Source of the DNA: an uncultured delta proteobacterium
GTDB lineage: Bacteria > Desulfobacterota > Desulfobacteria > Desulfobacterales > Desulfosalsimonadaceae
Length of the DNA stretch: 64,000 nucleotides
Direction of reading: 5' to 3'
Assembly: GCA_963826785.1 (NCBI GenBank)
Contig: CAWGYD010000005.1
Coordinates: forward strand, 256,001 to 320,000
Each line of letters starts with the position of its first letter. The first letter of the stretch is position 1. The notes under the pieces were generated by a model that made no database searches, was not told the DNA's origin, and saw nothing but the letters and a program-made list of their open reading frames with translations. This document shows, in pieces, positions 29,312-39,284 of this stretch. The position numbers were made by a program, and so were the translations under genes.

Positions 29312-30430
29312 TTATGCTGATGGTCGGAAATTGGATCGATGCCGGGCCTGCGCAAACAGCTCTTCGTAAATGGCCATATGTTTTTTCATGGCAATTTCGT
29401 TTTCAAATACCGCTTTCACATACTGATGGCCCTTTTCCCCCTGTTTTTGCCACCGTTGATCTTCCAGGAGAAACCGGAGTCCTTTTTCAAAGTCATTGTT
29501 CTTTGCATGGTAGCCGAATTGCGATGCAAACCCGTCCGGGTCCACATGGCTGAGGATCGCGCATTTGGCAGCGGCCGATTCGAGAAAGGAATTGGGGAGC
29601 GCTTCCCGGGTGGCGGTGTTTACCATGATCCAGCTCTCCTTTCGCATCCGGGCATGGTCTTCTGACGCAAACTGGTCGACAAAGCCAGCAAATTCCAGGT
29701 TCGGGATGTTCGCATATTTTTTTCGAAGATACGCCTCCCACCCCTTGTCCCGGGACTTGCCCATAACGATGAATTTCACCTGCGGAAATTTTTCGGCAAG
29801 ATCTAAAAACAGCTCCGGCCGTTTCCGCCTGTCCAGACGGGCAAGGTAGCATACGGTGGGCGTTTTCGCTTTTTCGATATTGTCCGGCAGTGAAACCGGC
29901 GTCGGCAGAAATTCGGGATCCTGCCGGAGATGGTACATTGTTTTGACTTTGGGGATCAAATAGTTGGCGATGGTATAGACCCGGTCCATCCGCCGAATAC
30001 ATCGACGCACGAACAGATTGTTTTCAAACAGATAATTATGCAGAACCTGCCACCGGTTCAGGGAGGGAAGCTCAAACTCCATTTTCCAGTCGGTGGTATC
30101 CCGGGGATCCCGAAACGTCACCATATGTTTTTTATGCGGCATGGATCTCAGGGCCAGAAAGGTGGTGAGAGACGGCTCGCAGGAATGGTAGATATCCGCG
30201 TTGCAGTTTCTCAGCAGGCGGGCCGCCTCAAACGGATAATAGGGAGAAAACCCGTACACGGTGATGCCGTCGAGTATTTCAACCGGCTTCTGGCCTTTTC
30301 TGCGGGGAACCACTGCACACACCGATACACCCCGCCGGGCAAGCTCCCCGCCGATGGTACGGGTGGCTCTGCCGAACCCGCCGAATTTTCCCCACGCAAA
30401 TATTTCAACGGATATGAGGCAAATCTTCAT
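29312..30430 (-). CDS. GT4 glycosyltransferase
   Basis: MKICLIS..GGFG, RLDRRKRPE and REALPNSFLES. Confidence 0.88.
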   Translation of the reverse strand: MKICLISVEIFAWGKFGGFGRATRTIGGELARRGVSVCAVVPRRKGQKPVEILDGITVYGFSPYYPFEAARLLRNCNADIYHSCEPSLTTFLALRSMPHKKHMVTFRDPRDTTDWKMEFELPSLNRWQVLHNYLFENNLFVRRCIRRMDRVYTIANYLIPKVKTMYHLRQDPEFLPTPVSLPDNIEKAKTPTVCYLARLDRRKRPELFLDLAEKFPQVKFIVMGKSRDKGWEAYLRKKYANIPNLEFAGFVDQFASEDHARMRKESWIMVNTATREALPNSFLESAAAKCAILSHVDPDGFASQFGYHAKNNDFEKGLRFLLEDQRWQKQGEKGHQYVKAVFENEIAMKKHMAIYEELFAQARHRSNFRPSA

Positions 30431-30885
30431 CAGGCGCAGCCTTCTATACGCATAACTAACATTTAGAAAAATAAACCGGGGACCGATCGACGGGTTGCCC
30501 GTCAGCCGATAGCGTCGCCGCCAAATTGCCGCCACATCGCCTTCATGTCCTGATGCGCCTTGGCGTTCAATGCGGTGTATGCGGTTTTCAGCATCTGCTT
30601 TACGTCATCCCCATGACGAAACACATGGTCCGAACTGCCGGCAAGTTGCCTCGGGTAATCGCCTTCAAGGGGCAGTACGGGAAAGGGGTAATCAAACAAG
30701 CTGAAGAGCCCTATAATACATCGGCCGGCGATACCGCTTTTCAAGATAATTGATCCAGTGTGTCGAGCGGGGTTTGAAACCGGTCCGTTAACGCCATTCT
30801 GTCGTTTAAAATCACAATCTGTTTTTTCATAAGTGCAAGCTAATACCACCAGAGGCATGGATTGCAAACGACTTTTTAAAATTTT

Positions 30886-31012
30886 GATGAACCCGTAAAG
30901 TCGGATTTTACACTTTCGTCATTCCAGCGAAGGCCGGAATCCAGTTTTTCCAATCGGTCTTGCCCCCCGCCTGCGCCGGGCTGACGAACTTTGGACTTTT
31001 TACGACTCCATC
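30886..31012. mobile_element. Divergent REP-doublet MITE, copy F, abutting the trpA stop
   Basis: GATGAACCCGTAAAGTC ... GACTTTTTACGACTCCATC with a CGTCATTCC hairpin. No clear TSD. Confidence 0.7.
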
Positions 31013-31818
31013 ATACATGAACCGATTTCGTGGCCGCCTTAAATGCGGATGTCATCTTCCCGATGCGTTCCGCCAGATCGGAATTGCCGATGTTTTCTTC
31101 GATCATCCGCTCAAATGCGCTGCCGATAACCACGCCGTCGGCAAGGGCGGCTACCGCACGGACATCTTCATCCGTGGAGATGCCGAAACCCACGCACACG
31201 GGCAGATCGGTCACGGATCGCAGGATTTCCATCTGTCCCCCGATTTCAGAGGTGTCCAGCCCATCGCTGCCGGTCACGCCGGTCTTTGACACCAGGTACA
31301 GAAACCCGGATGCGGCCTTGGCGATTTTGGCCATCCGCTCCTTCGGGGTGGTGGGTGCCACCAGGTTGATGAAGGAAAAGGCGTTTTCATCCCAGCCGGC
31401 GATGAGTTCCCCGGATTCCTCCAGGGGCAGGTCCACCACCAGCAGGCCATCGGCACCCGACATGTCGCGCATCTTCATAGAACCGGTCGGTGCCGTAAGC
31501 CAGAATGGGATTGTAATAGGAAAACAGGATAATCGGAATATCCGTGAATTGACGGATCTGATCGGTCATTTCAAGAACGGTCGGCAGGCTGACCCCGTTT
31601 TTCAAGGCGCGCATGGAGGAGCGCTGGATGACCGGTCCGTCGGCAGTGGGATCGGAAAAAGGGACCCCCAGTTCCAGGATGTCCATACCGTTTTCACACA
31701 TGGCCCGAATGATTTTAGTGGAACTTTTCAAATCCGGATCGCCCGCCGTGACAAACCCTACCAGGGCTTTTTCCTGTTTTACTTTCAGGCGTTCAAATGT
31801 TTTTTTCAATCGGCTCAT
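31011..31818 (-). CDS. trpA: Tryptophan synthase alpha chain, frameshift near 31465
   Basis: [17 protein letters not shown] in one frame; VDLPLEE, GVTG, VGFGIS and DGVVIGSA in the next. Confidence 0.92.
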
Positions 31819-31821
31819 TGC

Positions 31822-33033
31822 TTACGCTCCTTTTTCCACGGATGTGACGATCCCCAAATCCTTGTCCCCCCGGCCGGACAGGTTCACGATGATGATGTCG
31901 TTTTTGTCTCTGCTTTTTGCTTCCACGAGGGCGGCGGCCAGGGCGTGGGAACTCTCCAGGGCCGGGATGATGCCTTCGGTGCGGCAGAGCAGATAGAAAG
32001 CATCCAATGCCTGGCGGTCATCGATAGCCGTATACCGGACCCGCTCAAGGTCTTTGAGCAGGGAGTGCTCCGGGCCCACGCCGGGATAGTCGAGGCCTGC
32101 GGAAATAGAATGGGCTTCTGTGATCTGGCCGAACCCGTCCTGGAGTACATAGGACTTGGAGCCGTGCAGCACACCCACCGATCCGGCGCACAAGGTGGCC
32201 GCGTGCTTGCCGGTGTCGATCCCGGTGCCGGCGGCTTCTGCGCCAAGCATCTCCACCGGGTCGTTTAGAAACGGGTAGAAGAGCCCCATGGCGTTTGAGC
32301 CGCCGCCTACACAGGCCACCAGGAGGTCGGGCAGGCGTCCGGCCATTTCCATGATCTGGGCCCGGGCTTCTTCGCCGATGATTTTCTGGAATTCCCGCAC
32401 CATTAGAGGGTAGGGATGGGGGCCGGCCACGGACCCAATCACGTAAAAGGTGTCCCGCACCGCGCTCACCCAGTAGCGAAGGGCCTCGTTCATGGCATCC
32501 TTTAAAGTGCCGGTGCCGGAGGAAACCGGGACCACCTGGGCGCCCAGCAGTTCCATCCGCTTCACGTTGGGGGCCTGACGCCGAATGTCCTCTTCGCCCA
32601 TGAAGATTTTGCATTCCATGCCGAACAGGGCTGCCACTGTGGCGGTGGCCACCCCATGTTGACCGGCGCCGGTTTCCGCGATCACCTTTTTCTTGCCCAT
32701 CCACCGGGCCAGCAATGCCTGGCCCATGGTGTTGTTGATCTTGTGCGCCCCGGTGTGGGTGAGGTCCTCACGCTTGAGATAAATGGCGGCGCCTCCGAGC
32801 TTGCGGGTGAATCGCTCTGCAAAGAAAAGCGGGGTGGGACGGCCCGCATAATGGGTCAGTAGATCGGCCAATTCCCGTTGAAATGCCGGGTCGGGCATAT
32901 ACTTGAAAAAAGCCGATTCCAGTTCGATCAGGGCGGGCATGAGGGTTTCAGCCACGTAGCGGCCGCCATAGGGGCCGAAATGCCCCCGGACATCCGGATG
33001 ATCTGTGGTCGTGTAATTTTGTTCTCGGTTCAT
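31822..33033 (-). CDS. trpB: Tryptophan synthase beta chain
   Basis: Motifs [23 protein letters not shown] and SGRGDKD. Confidence 0.97.
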   Translation of the reverse strand: MNREQNYTTTDHPDVRGHFGPYGGRYVAETLMPALIELESAFFKYMPDPAFQRELADLLTHYAGRPTPLFFAERFTRKLGGAAIYLKREDLTHTGAHKINNTMGQALLARWMGKKKVIAETGAGQHGVATATVAALFGMECKIFMGEEDIRRQAPNVKRMELLGAQVVPVSSGTGTLKDAMNEALRYWVSAVRDTFYVIGSVAGPHPYPLMVREFQKIIGEEARAQIMEMAGRLPDLLVACVGGGSNAMGLFYPFLNDPVEMLGAEAAGTGIDTGKHAATLCAGSVGVLHGSKSYVLQDGFGQITEAHSISAGLDYPGVGPEHSLLKDLERVRYTAIDDRQALDAFYLLCRTEGIIPALESSHALAAALVEAKSRDKNDIIIVNLSGRGDKDLGIVTSVEKGA

Positions 33034-33746
33034 CGGAAAATTCTCCTTGGTTGGGTATGGATGCGGCATTTTGAAACCGTGCGAATGAATGCCGCCACTT
33101 TTTCGATATCCTTGCGGCCCGGCGATGATTCCACCCCGGAGCTTACATCCACCGCATCCGGGCAGGCGTCCATGATGGCCTTTTCCACGTTGTCACGATT
33201 CAGTCCGCCCGCCAGGACAAAGGGATGGGTTTTTCCAAACGGGCGGGCGTCATGCCAGTTCCAGGTGAGCGCATTGCCGCCGGGCAAGATCCCCTTCTGG
33301 CATTCCAGCAGATACGCCGAGGCGCGGTATTGATCCGCGTCAGAAAAAAAGGGGGGATGTTTCATGTACAATCCCTTGATGACGGTCAACCCCTGGCGCC
33401 TGATTTGCGCCACCAATTCGGGGGGCTCACTGCCGTGAAGCTGGATGGCATCCAGCCCGCACTTTTCGGCCGCCGCCATGATGGCCTCAAAGGGTTCGTC
33501 GACAAACACCCCCACACGGGCAATCGGCGGCAAAAGCCGTTTGCAGATATGTTCAGCCTGCTCCGGCGTCACATAGCGGGGGCTTTTTGAATAAAAAACC
33601 ACGCCCACGGCATCCGGTTCGAGGCGGGCAATTGCCTCTGCCTCGTCGATCCGGGTGATCCCGCAGATCTTGACCTGCGGTGCACGTGTCGCAGATGTGG
33701 CTGATGGAGGTTGAGATTGAGCTTGAGCTGCTTGTTTATGTTTCAT
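33030..33746 (-). CDS. trpF: Phosphoribosylanthranilate isomerase
   Basis: Motifs KICGIT, IQLHG, LAGGL and DVSSGVE. Confidence 0.94.
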   Translation of the reverse strand: MKHKQAAQAQSQPPSATSATRAPQVKICGITRIDEAEAIARLEPDAVGVVFYSKSPRYVTPEQAEHICKRLLPPIARVGVFVDEPFEAIMAAAEKCGLDAIQLHGSEPPELVAQIRRQGLTVIKGLYMKHPPFFSDADQYRASAYLLECQKGILPGGNALTWNWHDARPFGKTHPFVLAGGLNRDNVEKAIMDACPDAVDVSSGVESSPGRKDIEKVAAFIRTVSKCRIHTQPRRIFR

Positions 33747-33781
33747 ACGATTGGCTCTGATGTCTTTGTTCGGGAGGTCAA

Positions 33782-34103
33782 ACACCCCCCTTTATCCCCC
33801 CTCACAGGGGGGAATTTTTTATGAATTTATTTCCCCTCACATGGAAGGCATTCAATCATTCCTCTATCCGGTTTCACACATATATATCAAAAATCCCCCC
33901 TCGAGGGGGGTTAGGGGGGTGTCCCGCCCTCTCAAATCTCCCCCCTCGAGAAGGTGCCCCGCCTCTCAAATCCCCCCCTCGAAGGGTGCCCTGCCCTCTC
34001 AATTCCCCCCTCGAAGGGTGTCCCCTCGTCCCTCTCTAAATCCCCCCCTCGAAGGGTGTCCCTCTCTCTCAATTCCCCCCTTGAGGGGGGGCAGGGGGGT
34101 GTT
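33782..34103. repeat. REP-like palindrome plus tandem array of ~32-37-bp half-REP units between trpC and trpF
   Basis: About six units of AA(A/T)TCCCCCCTCGAAGGGTG(C/T)CC..CTCTC, ending in a full CCCCCCTTGAGGGGGGCAGGGGGGTGTT. Confidence 0.85.
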
Positions 34104-34132
34104 CCGCCCGATCAATATATCTTTTGATGAAG

Positions 34133-34930
34133 TCAGTGTGTCCCCTTGAGTTCACGCAGAAAACTTGCCGGGTCTTCGGACCGCACGAGGCTTTCCCCGA
34201 TTAAAAAATGGAAGATGCCGCTCTGCAGGGTTTGTTCGATGTCCTTTCGCGTTGAAATCCCGCTGGCGGCCACGGGGATGCGGTCTTGCCCCAGGTGGCC
34301 CACCAGATCGGAGGCGGTCCGGATGTCGGTTTCAAAGGATTTCAGGTTCCGGTTGTTGATGCCCACCAGCTTTGCGGAGGTTTCCCGGATCCTGTCGATG
34401 TCATCCATGGTGTGGATCTCCACCAGGGCGTCGAGACTCAGGGCGCGGCAGATGTCGAGGTAGTCGCGCAGCTGGGCCCGGGAGAGGATCCGCACGATCA
34501 GCAGGACGGCATCCGCACCGATCACCGCAGCCTCGAAGATCTGGTATTCGGAGATGAAAAAATCCTTCTGCAGCACCGGCAGATTCGTGGCGCTTCTGGC
34601 CGCCTGAAGATCATCGATGCTACCCTTGAACCAGAGGTCTTCGGTGAGCACCGACAGGGCGGAGGCGCCGCCGCGCTCGTAGGCCGAAGCGATGGCTTGC
34701 GGGTCCAGGTCCGGCCGGATATCCCCCCTGGAGGGCGATGCCCGCTTGATTTCGGCGATAATATGGAGGTGATCCGGGCCGAAATCTTCCATGGGTGCGA
34801 TAAAAGGCCGTCGGGCATCTGCCTCTTCGGCTTCGTTTCGGAGGCTGGCCTCAGACCTATGCTTTCGTTTGCCCGATACCACCTCTTGTTTATATTCCAC
34901 GATCCGGCTCAAGATGTCGCTGCTCATCAT
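34133..34930 (-). CDS. trpC: Indole-3-glycerol phosphate synthase
   Basis: Motifs IAEIKRASPS, SVLTE, KDFF, GINNRNL and LIGESLV. Confidence 0.95.
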   Translation of the reverse strand: MMSSDILSRIVEYKQEVVSGKRKHRSEASLRNEAEEADARRPFIAPMEDFGPDHLHIIAEIKRASPSRGDIRPDLDPQAIASAYERGGASALSVLTEDLWFKGSIDDLQAARSATNLPVLQKDFFISEYQIFEAAVIGADAVLLIVRILSRAQLRDYLDICRALSLDALVEIHTMDDIDRIRETSAKLVGINNRNLKSFETDIRTASDLVGHLGQDRIPVAASGISTRKDIEQTLQSGIFHFLIGESLVRSEDPASFLRELKGTH

Positions 34931-35943
34931 CCGTTCTCCCGGGTGTAGGCGATGAGGGCATCGAGTTTTTCGGCGGCCTTACCGCTGTCGATGGCCCCTT
35001 CGGCCAGATGGATGCCGCCGGCGATATCACCGGCCTTGCCGGCGGCCACCAGGGCGGCGGCGGCATTGATAAGGATAACGTCTCGTTTGGGGCCTTTTTC
35101 TCCGGAAAGAAGCTGCCGGGTGATAACCGCATTCTCGGCGGGATCACCGCCGACAAGTGCTTCGGGGTCTGCCAGCTGCCCGAAATAGAGTTCCGGGGCG
35201 AGATCATAGGTGGAAATTCCCTTGTCATTGACCTCGGACACCCGGGTGGCGGCACAGACGGAGATTTCATCCAGGCCGTCATGGCCGTGCACCACAAACG
35301 CCCTCCGGGTTCCCAGCAGCTGAAGGGCACGGGCGAACATTTCGGTAAGTTCCGGTGCGAATACCCCCAGCAGCTGGCAGTTGGCTGCGGCCGGATTGGT
35401 CAGCGGACCCAGCATGTTGAAGATGCTTCTAATGCCCACCTGCTTTCGGGCATTGGCCGCATGCCGCATGGCGCCATGGAAGATCGGGGCGAACAAAAAG
35501 CCGATGCCGATTTCGGCAATGGCTTCCTCCACCACTTCGGGTGCCGTATCGAGCTTCATTCCCAGGGCTTCCAGCAGATCCGCGCTGCCGCACTGGCTGG
35601 AGACGGAACGGTTGCCGTGCTTGGCCACGGTCACCCCGCATCCGGCGACGACAAAGGCGGTGGTGGTGGAAATATTGAAGGTCTTTGCAGCGTCTCCCCC
35701 CGTGCCGCAGGTATCCACGACAACAGGTGCATTCACCTCGATCCGGGCGGCCTTTCGCCGCATGGCCGCGGCCGCTCCGGCCAGCTCCTCGAAGGTCTCC
35801 CCCTTGGTGGAAAGCGCTCCCATGAACGCGCCGATCTGGGCGTCGGTGAGGGTGCCGGAGAAGATCTCGGTCATCATCTCGGACATCTCCTCCCGGGTCA
35901 GGTCCTGGCGATGGATGATTTTGTTCAGGTACTGTTTAAACAT
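34927..35943 (-). CDS. trpD: Anthranilate phosphoribosyltransferase
   Basis: Motifs DTCGTGGD, NIST, KHGNRS and GLDE. Confidence 0.96.
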   Translation of the reverse strand: MFKQYLNKIIHRQDLTREEMSEMMTEIFSGTLTDAQIGAFMGALSTKGETFEELAGAAAAMRRKAARIEVNAPVVVDTCGTGGDAAKTFNISTTTAFVVAGCGVTVAKHGNRSVSSQCGSADLLEALGMKLDTAPEVVEEAIAEIGIGFLFAPIFHGAMRHAANARKQVGIRSIFNMLGPLTNPAAANCQLLGVFAPELTEMFARALQLLGTRRAFVVHGHDGLDEISVCAATRVSEVNDKGISTYDLAPELYFGQLADPEALVGGDPAENAVITRQLLSGEKGPKRDVILINAAAALVAAGKAGDIAGGIHLAEGAIDSGKAAEKLDALIAYTRENG

Positions 35944-36517
35944 GGCTGTTTTCCTCCCCTTGAATGAAATTTCGCAAAAGGCGCTTGCCCACAGGCGTCA
36001 TGATCGATTCCGGATGGAACTGGATCCCCTCGGTGGGATGCGTCCGATGTCGAAGCCCCATGATTTCCCCCTCATCCGTCCGGGCAGTGATTTCCAGGCA
36101 ATCGGGCAGATCGGTTTTCGAAACCGCCAGGGAATGGTACCGCATGGCGGCAAACGGCTTGTTGATCCCTTTGTACAGCTTTTGGCCGTCGGCAGTCACC
36201 ATGGAGGTCTTGCCGTGCATGATCTTCGATGCGGAAACGATTTTTCCGCCAAAGGCCGCGGCAATGGCCTGGTGGCCCAGGCAGACGCCCAGAACCGGCA
36301 CCCGGCCCGAAAAATGCCGGATGACGGCAATGGAAAGACCGGCCGATTCCGGTGCCCCGGGGCCGGGGGAGATGACAATCGCCTTGAGGGGCAGTTCCTC
36401 CAGATCCTGTATGGAAAAGGAATCGTTTCTGAAAACCCGGACCGCTTCGCCCAACTGCCGCAGGTACTGGACCAGATTGTAGGTGAATGAATCATAATTG
36501 TCGATCATCACGATCAT
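35936..36517 (-). CDS. trpG: Anthranilate synthase component II
   Basis: Motifs IDNYDSF, SPGPG, GVCLGHQ and QFHPES. Confidence 0.95.
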   Translation of the reverse strand: MIVMIDNYDSFTYNLVQYLRQLGEAVRVFRNDSFSIQDLEELPLKAIVISPGPGAPESAGLSIAVIRHFSGRVPVLGVCLGHQAIAAAFGGKIVSASKIMHGKTSMVTADGQKLYKGINKPFAAMRYHSLAVSKTDLPDCLEITARTDEGEIMGLRHRTHPTEGIQFHPESIMTPVGKRLLRNFIQGEENSHV

Positions 36518-36540
36518 GGAAATCTCCTTAGACAGTGGCC

Positions 36541-38025
36541 CTATTTACGGGCCGAGATCAGGGCCAGGGCCTTTTCGATGGCCATGGCCTTGTTGACGGT
36601 TTCGATGCGCTCTTTTTCCGGCACCGAATCATAGACGATGCCGGCACCGGCATTGACGGTCAGCTTCCCGTTTTTTACGCAGGCGGTGCGGATGGTGATG
36701 GCCAGATCCATGTTGCCGGAAAAGGATATGTAGCCCACCGCGCCCCCGTAAGGCCCCCGAGGGTATTCCTCCAGTTCACTGATGATTTCCATGGCCCGGA
36801 TCTTGGGGGCGCCGGACAGGGTGCCGGCCGGAAAAGTGGCCTGCATCAGGTCCCATGCGTCCAGGCCCGTATCCAGGTCGCACCGGATATTGGATACCAG
36901 GTGCATGACATGCGAATAGCGCTCCACCACCATCAGGTCGGTCACCTGCACGGTCCCGGTCTGGGCGATCCGGCCCAGGTCGTTTCGGCCCAGGTCCACC
37001 AGCATGAGGTGCTCGGCCCGCTCCTTTTCGTCCTTGAGCAGTTCATCGGCCAGCGCCCGGTCCTCCTGTTCGGAGCCGCCCCGGGGCCGGGTGCCGGCAA
37101 TGGGGCGCAGGGTGGCCACACCGCTTTCCAGGCGCACCATGGTTTCAGGCGAAGACCCCACCAGGGCGGTGCCGTCCAGGTGGAGGAAGAAGAGGTAGGG
37201 AGACGGGTTGATGTAGCGCTGGGCCCGGTAGAGTGAGAGCAGGTTGTCGGGCGCCTGGCAGGAAAACGGCTGGGAAATGACGGCCTGGATGATATCTCCG
37301 GCCTTGATGTGTTCGATGACGGTCTTTACTTTTTCGCCGAAATGCGCCCGGGAATAGGGGGAGGTCAGGCTATGCAAATGATTTTCAGTAAAAGGCGGAT
37401 CCATTGGTATCGCGCCCTTCATGCGTGCCTGAAGGGCATCGATGCGGGACAGGGCGGCCGCGTGGGCGCTGTCGGCATCGGGGTGGTCATCTCCAAAAAC
37501 GATGGCGACAAACATCAGGGTGTTTCGAATATTGTCGAAAATAAGCATCTCATCCGGAAGAATGAAATGGATCAGCGGCTCACTGTCGGGAAGGTGGTGG
37601 GGAATCTTTTCGATCAGGCTTACCGCCTCGTATGCGATAAATCCCACCAGTCCGCCCCAGAACCTGGGCAGGTCGGGCAGTACCGCCGCATTGAACTTTT
37701 CCATGTAATCTCGCAGCAGATCAAAGGGCCTGCCCATGTGGGCCATGCGCTCGCAGCCGCCATTGCTGCTGATCTCCAGGTGATCTTTATAAACGCGCAG
37801 ATGGGCCCGGGCCGAGGTGGAAAGGAAACTGTACCGTCCCCATCTTTCGCCTCCTTCCACACTTTCAAACAGAAATGCAGGCCCGTTTTGCGAGTAGATC
37901 CGGGCCAGCACCGAGACCGGTGTTTCCATGTCGGCCAGGATTTCACGGCAGACCGGAACCACGTTGTGCCGGGAATACAACTGCTTAAAGGTGTTTGAAT
38001 CCGGAAACTGTCTCAATCGCATCAA
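36541..38025 (-). CDS. trpE: Anthranilate synthase component I
   Basis: Motifs FLFES, NPSPY, PIAGTR, EHLMLVDLGRND and PAGTLSGAPK. Confidence 0.96.
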   Translation of the reverse strand: MMRLRQFPDSNTFKQLYSRHNVVPVCREILADMETPVSVLARIYSQNGPAFLFESVEGGERWGRYSFLSTSARAHLRVYKDHLEISSNGGCERMAHMGRPFDLLRDYMEKFNAAVLPDLPRFWGGLVGFIAYEAVSLIEKIPHHLPDSEPLIHFILPDEMLIFDNIRNTLMFVAIVFGDDHPDADSAHAAALSRIDALQARMKGAIPMDPPFTENHLHSLTSPYSRAHFGEKVKTVIEHIKAGDIIQAVISQPFSCQAPDNLLSLYRAQRYINPSPYLFFLHLDGTALVGSSPETMVRLESGVATLRPIAGTRPRGGSEQEDRALADELLKDEKERAEHLMLVDLGRNDLGRIAQTGTVQVTDLMVVERYSHVMHLVSNIRCDLDTGLDAWDLMQATFPAGTLSGAPKIRAMEIISELEEYPRGPYGGAVGYISFSGNMDLAITIRTACVKNGKLTVNAGAGIVYDSVPEKERIETVNKAMAIEKALALISARK

Positions 38026-38104
38026 CTTTTCCTTTTTCTGTTATGTTTCGCTTCAGAAAAACCTTTTTACCAATACCGGCTTGCCGGAACACCCCCCTGA
38101 CCCC

Positions 38105-38577
38105 CATAAGCGCTAACTTAACGCATAGTATCCCCCCCGTAATCATCCTTTATGTCATTCCGGCAGTCTTTTAGCCGGAATCCATCTAAATGATTGCGGG
38201 ATACAAATCCTCCCAATCGGGATTCGTTCTCTCAATCAAATGCATTTTCCACTTTCGTTTCCAGTCTTTCAATCGTTTCTCTCGCTGGATAGCAGATTCC
38301 ATACTTCCATGAAGCTCATACCAAACCAAAAAATGGACTCCATACTTTTTGGTGAACCCTTCCACGAAATTGTTTCTATGTTCCCAAACTCGCTTGATGA
38401 GGTCGGAGGTCACACCGATATAAAGGGTGCCGTTTCTTTTATTTGCAAGAATGTATACCGCTGGTTGCCTGTTCATTTCGTCTTCCTGGATTCCGGCTTA
38501 AAGACTGCCGGAATGACGCTCTTAAGAGGAACGACAAATTAGAAGATATTGCATCGGTCATTAAGTTAGCGCTTATG
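38105..38577 (-). mobile_element. GIY-YIG insertion cassette, copy 3 (473 bp, intact)
   Basis: Perfect 17-bp TIR CATAAGCGCTAACTTAA. 11-bp TSD CCCCTGACCCC at 38094-38104 and 38578-38588. Confidence 0.93.
38186..38476 (-). CDS. Small GIY-YIG nuclease (YhbQ/Slx1-like, 96 aa)
   Basis: AVYIL..TLYIGVT..KR, AIQREKRLK and NPDW. Confidence 0.93.
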   Translation of the reverse strand: MNRQPAVYILANKRNGTLYIGVTSDLIKRVWEHRNNFVEGFTKKYGVHFLVWYELHGSMESAIQREKRLKDWKRKWKMHLIERTNPDWEDLYPAII

Positions 38578-38683
38578 CCCCTGACCCCCCTGCCAGGGGG
38601 GAATTAAGGGGTGGCGTGCCTTCACCGTGAATGTCAGTTCCTTTTACAAAAACACCGCACTGCGGGGTGGGGTGCTTTCAAAC

Positions 38684-38762
38684 AAAAAAAAAGACCGTGG
38701 ATGTTTCCACGGTCTTTTATGCACAAAAAAACCGTGGGCTCTGGGGTGCCCACGGTTTTTTT
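38684..38762 (-). terminator. Two tandem intrinsic terminators (trp attenuator)
   Basis: On the minus strand ACCGTGGGC..GCCCACGG followed by a T-run, then AGACCGTGGA..TCCACGGTC followed by a T-run. Confidence 0.85.
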
Positions 38763-38804
38763 AAATCTTTATGTCAGGTAAACGGCGCTTCCGTCGGCAG
38801 GCCC

Positions 38805-38876
38805 CTAAAAATCAGCCCGCCACCACCAGAAGCAGTGGCCCGATGTGCATTTATTTGATCGAATGTTTAATTTCAT
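38805..38876 (-). CDS. trpL: trp operon leader peptide MKLNIRSNKCTSGHCFWWWRADF
   Basis: 23-aa ORF with three consecutive TGG codons, upstream of the terminators and trpE. Too short for the ORF track. Confidence 0.88.
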   Translation of the reverse strand: MKLNIRSNKCTSGHCFWWWRADF

Positions 38877-38924
38877 GTCTGTACTCGTATCGCTCTTTCA
38901 AGGGACAGAATCGATGCCCTGTTT

Positions 38925-39103
38925 CGGATTCCCCGTGAGGAAATTTTCGGATTCCTCGTGAGGTAATTTTCGGATTCCCTCCGCGAGGAAATTTTAAGAT
39001 TACCCCTGCGATGCCAATTAAGATTTTTCCCTTGAGGCCTATTTTAAATTCCCCCCTTGAGGCCCATTCCAGATTCCCCCCTTGAGGGGGGCAGGGGGGT
39101 GTT
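38925..39103. repeat. Decaying tandem array of ~23-26-bp half-REP units ending in a full REP-like palindrome
   Basis: About seven GATTCCCC..TGAGG..ATTTT-like units. Confidence 0.8.
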
Positions 39104-39284
39104 CCGCTCGTTTCAACACAAATAATTTCGGGCGAATTTTTTGTCAAGCAATTTTTTGATCTCCGACGTGCCTACAATCCCTATTCCATGTAAAAGCATG
39201 GAAAAAAGTTGTGATGATCGGTTTGGCATGTCATAAAGATGAAGCTTTATTCCTTGGATCTGTCTGAGAAAGAAAGAGAAGTCG

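Noticed and set aside
30502..30867. 121-aa ORF upstream of the GT4 gene
   Set aside because: No motif or RBS I can support; it may be a gene remnant.
33891..34103. C-rich tandem arrays (also 38925-39103 and 58750-59464) as CRISPR arrays
   Set aside because: Units are contiguous degenerate copies with no unique spacers.
38186..38476. GIY-YIG protein as the cassette's own transposase
   Set aside because: TIRs with 11-bp TSDs indicate DDE chemistry, and nuclease-deleted copies have their own TSDs. A helper role in trans is not excluded.
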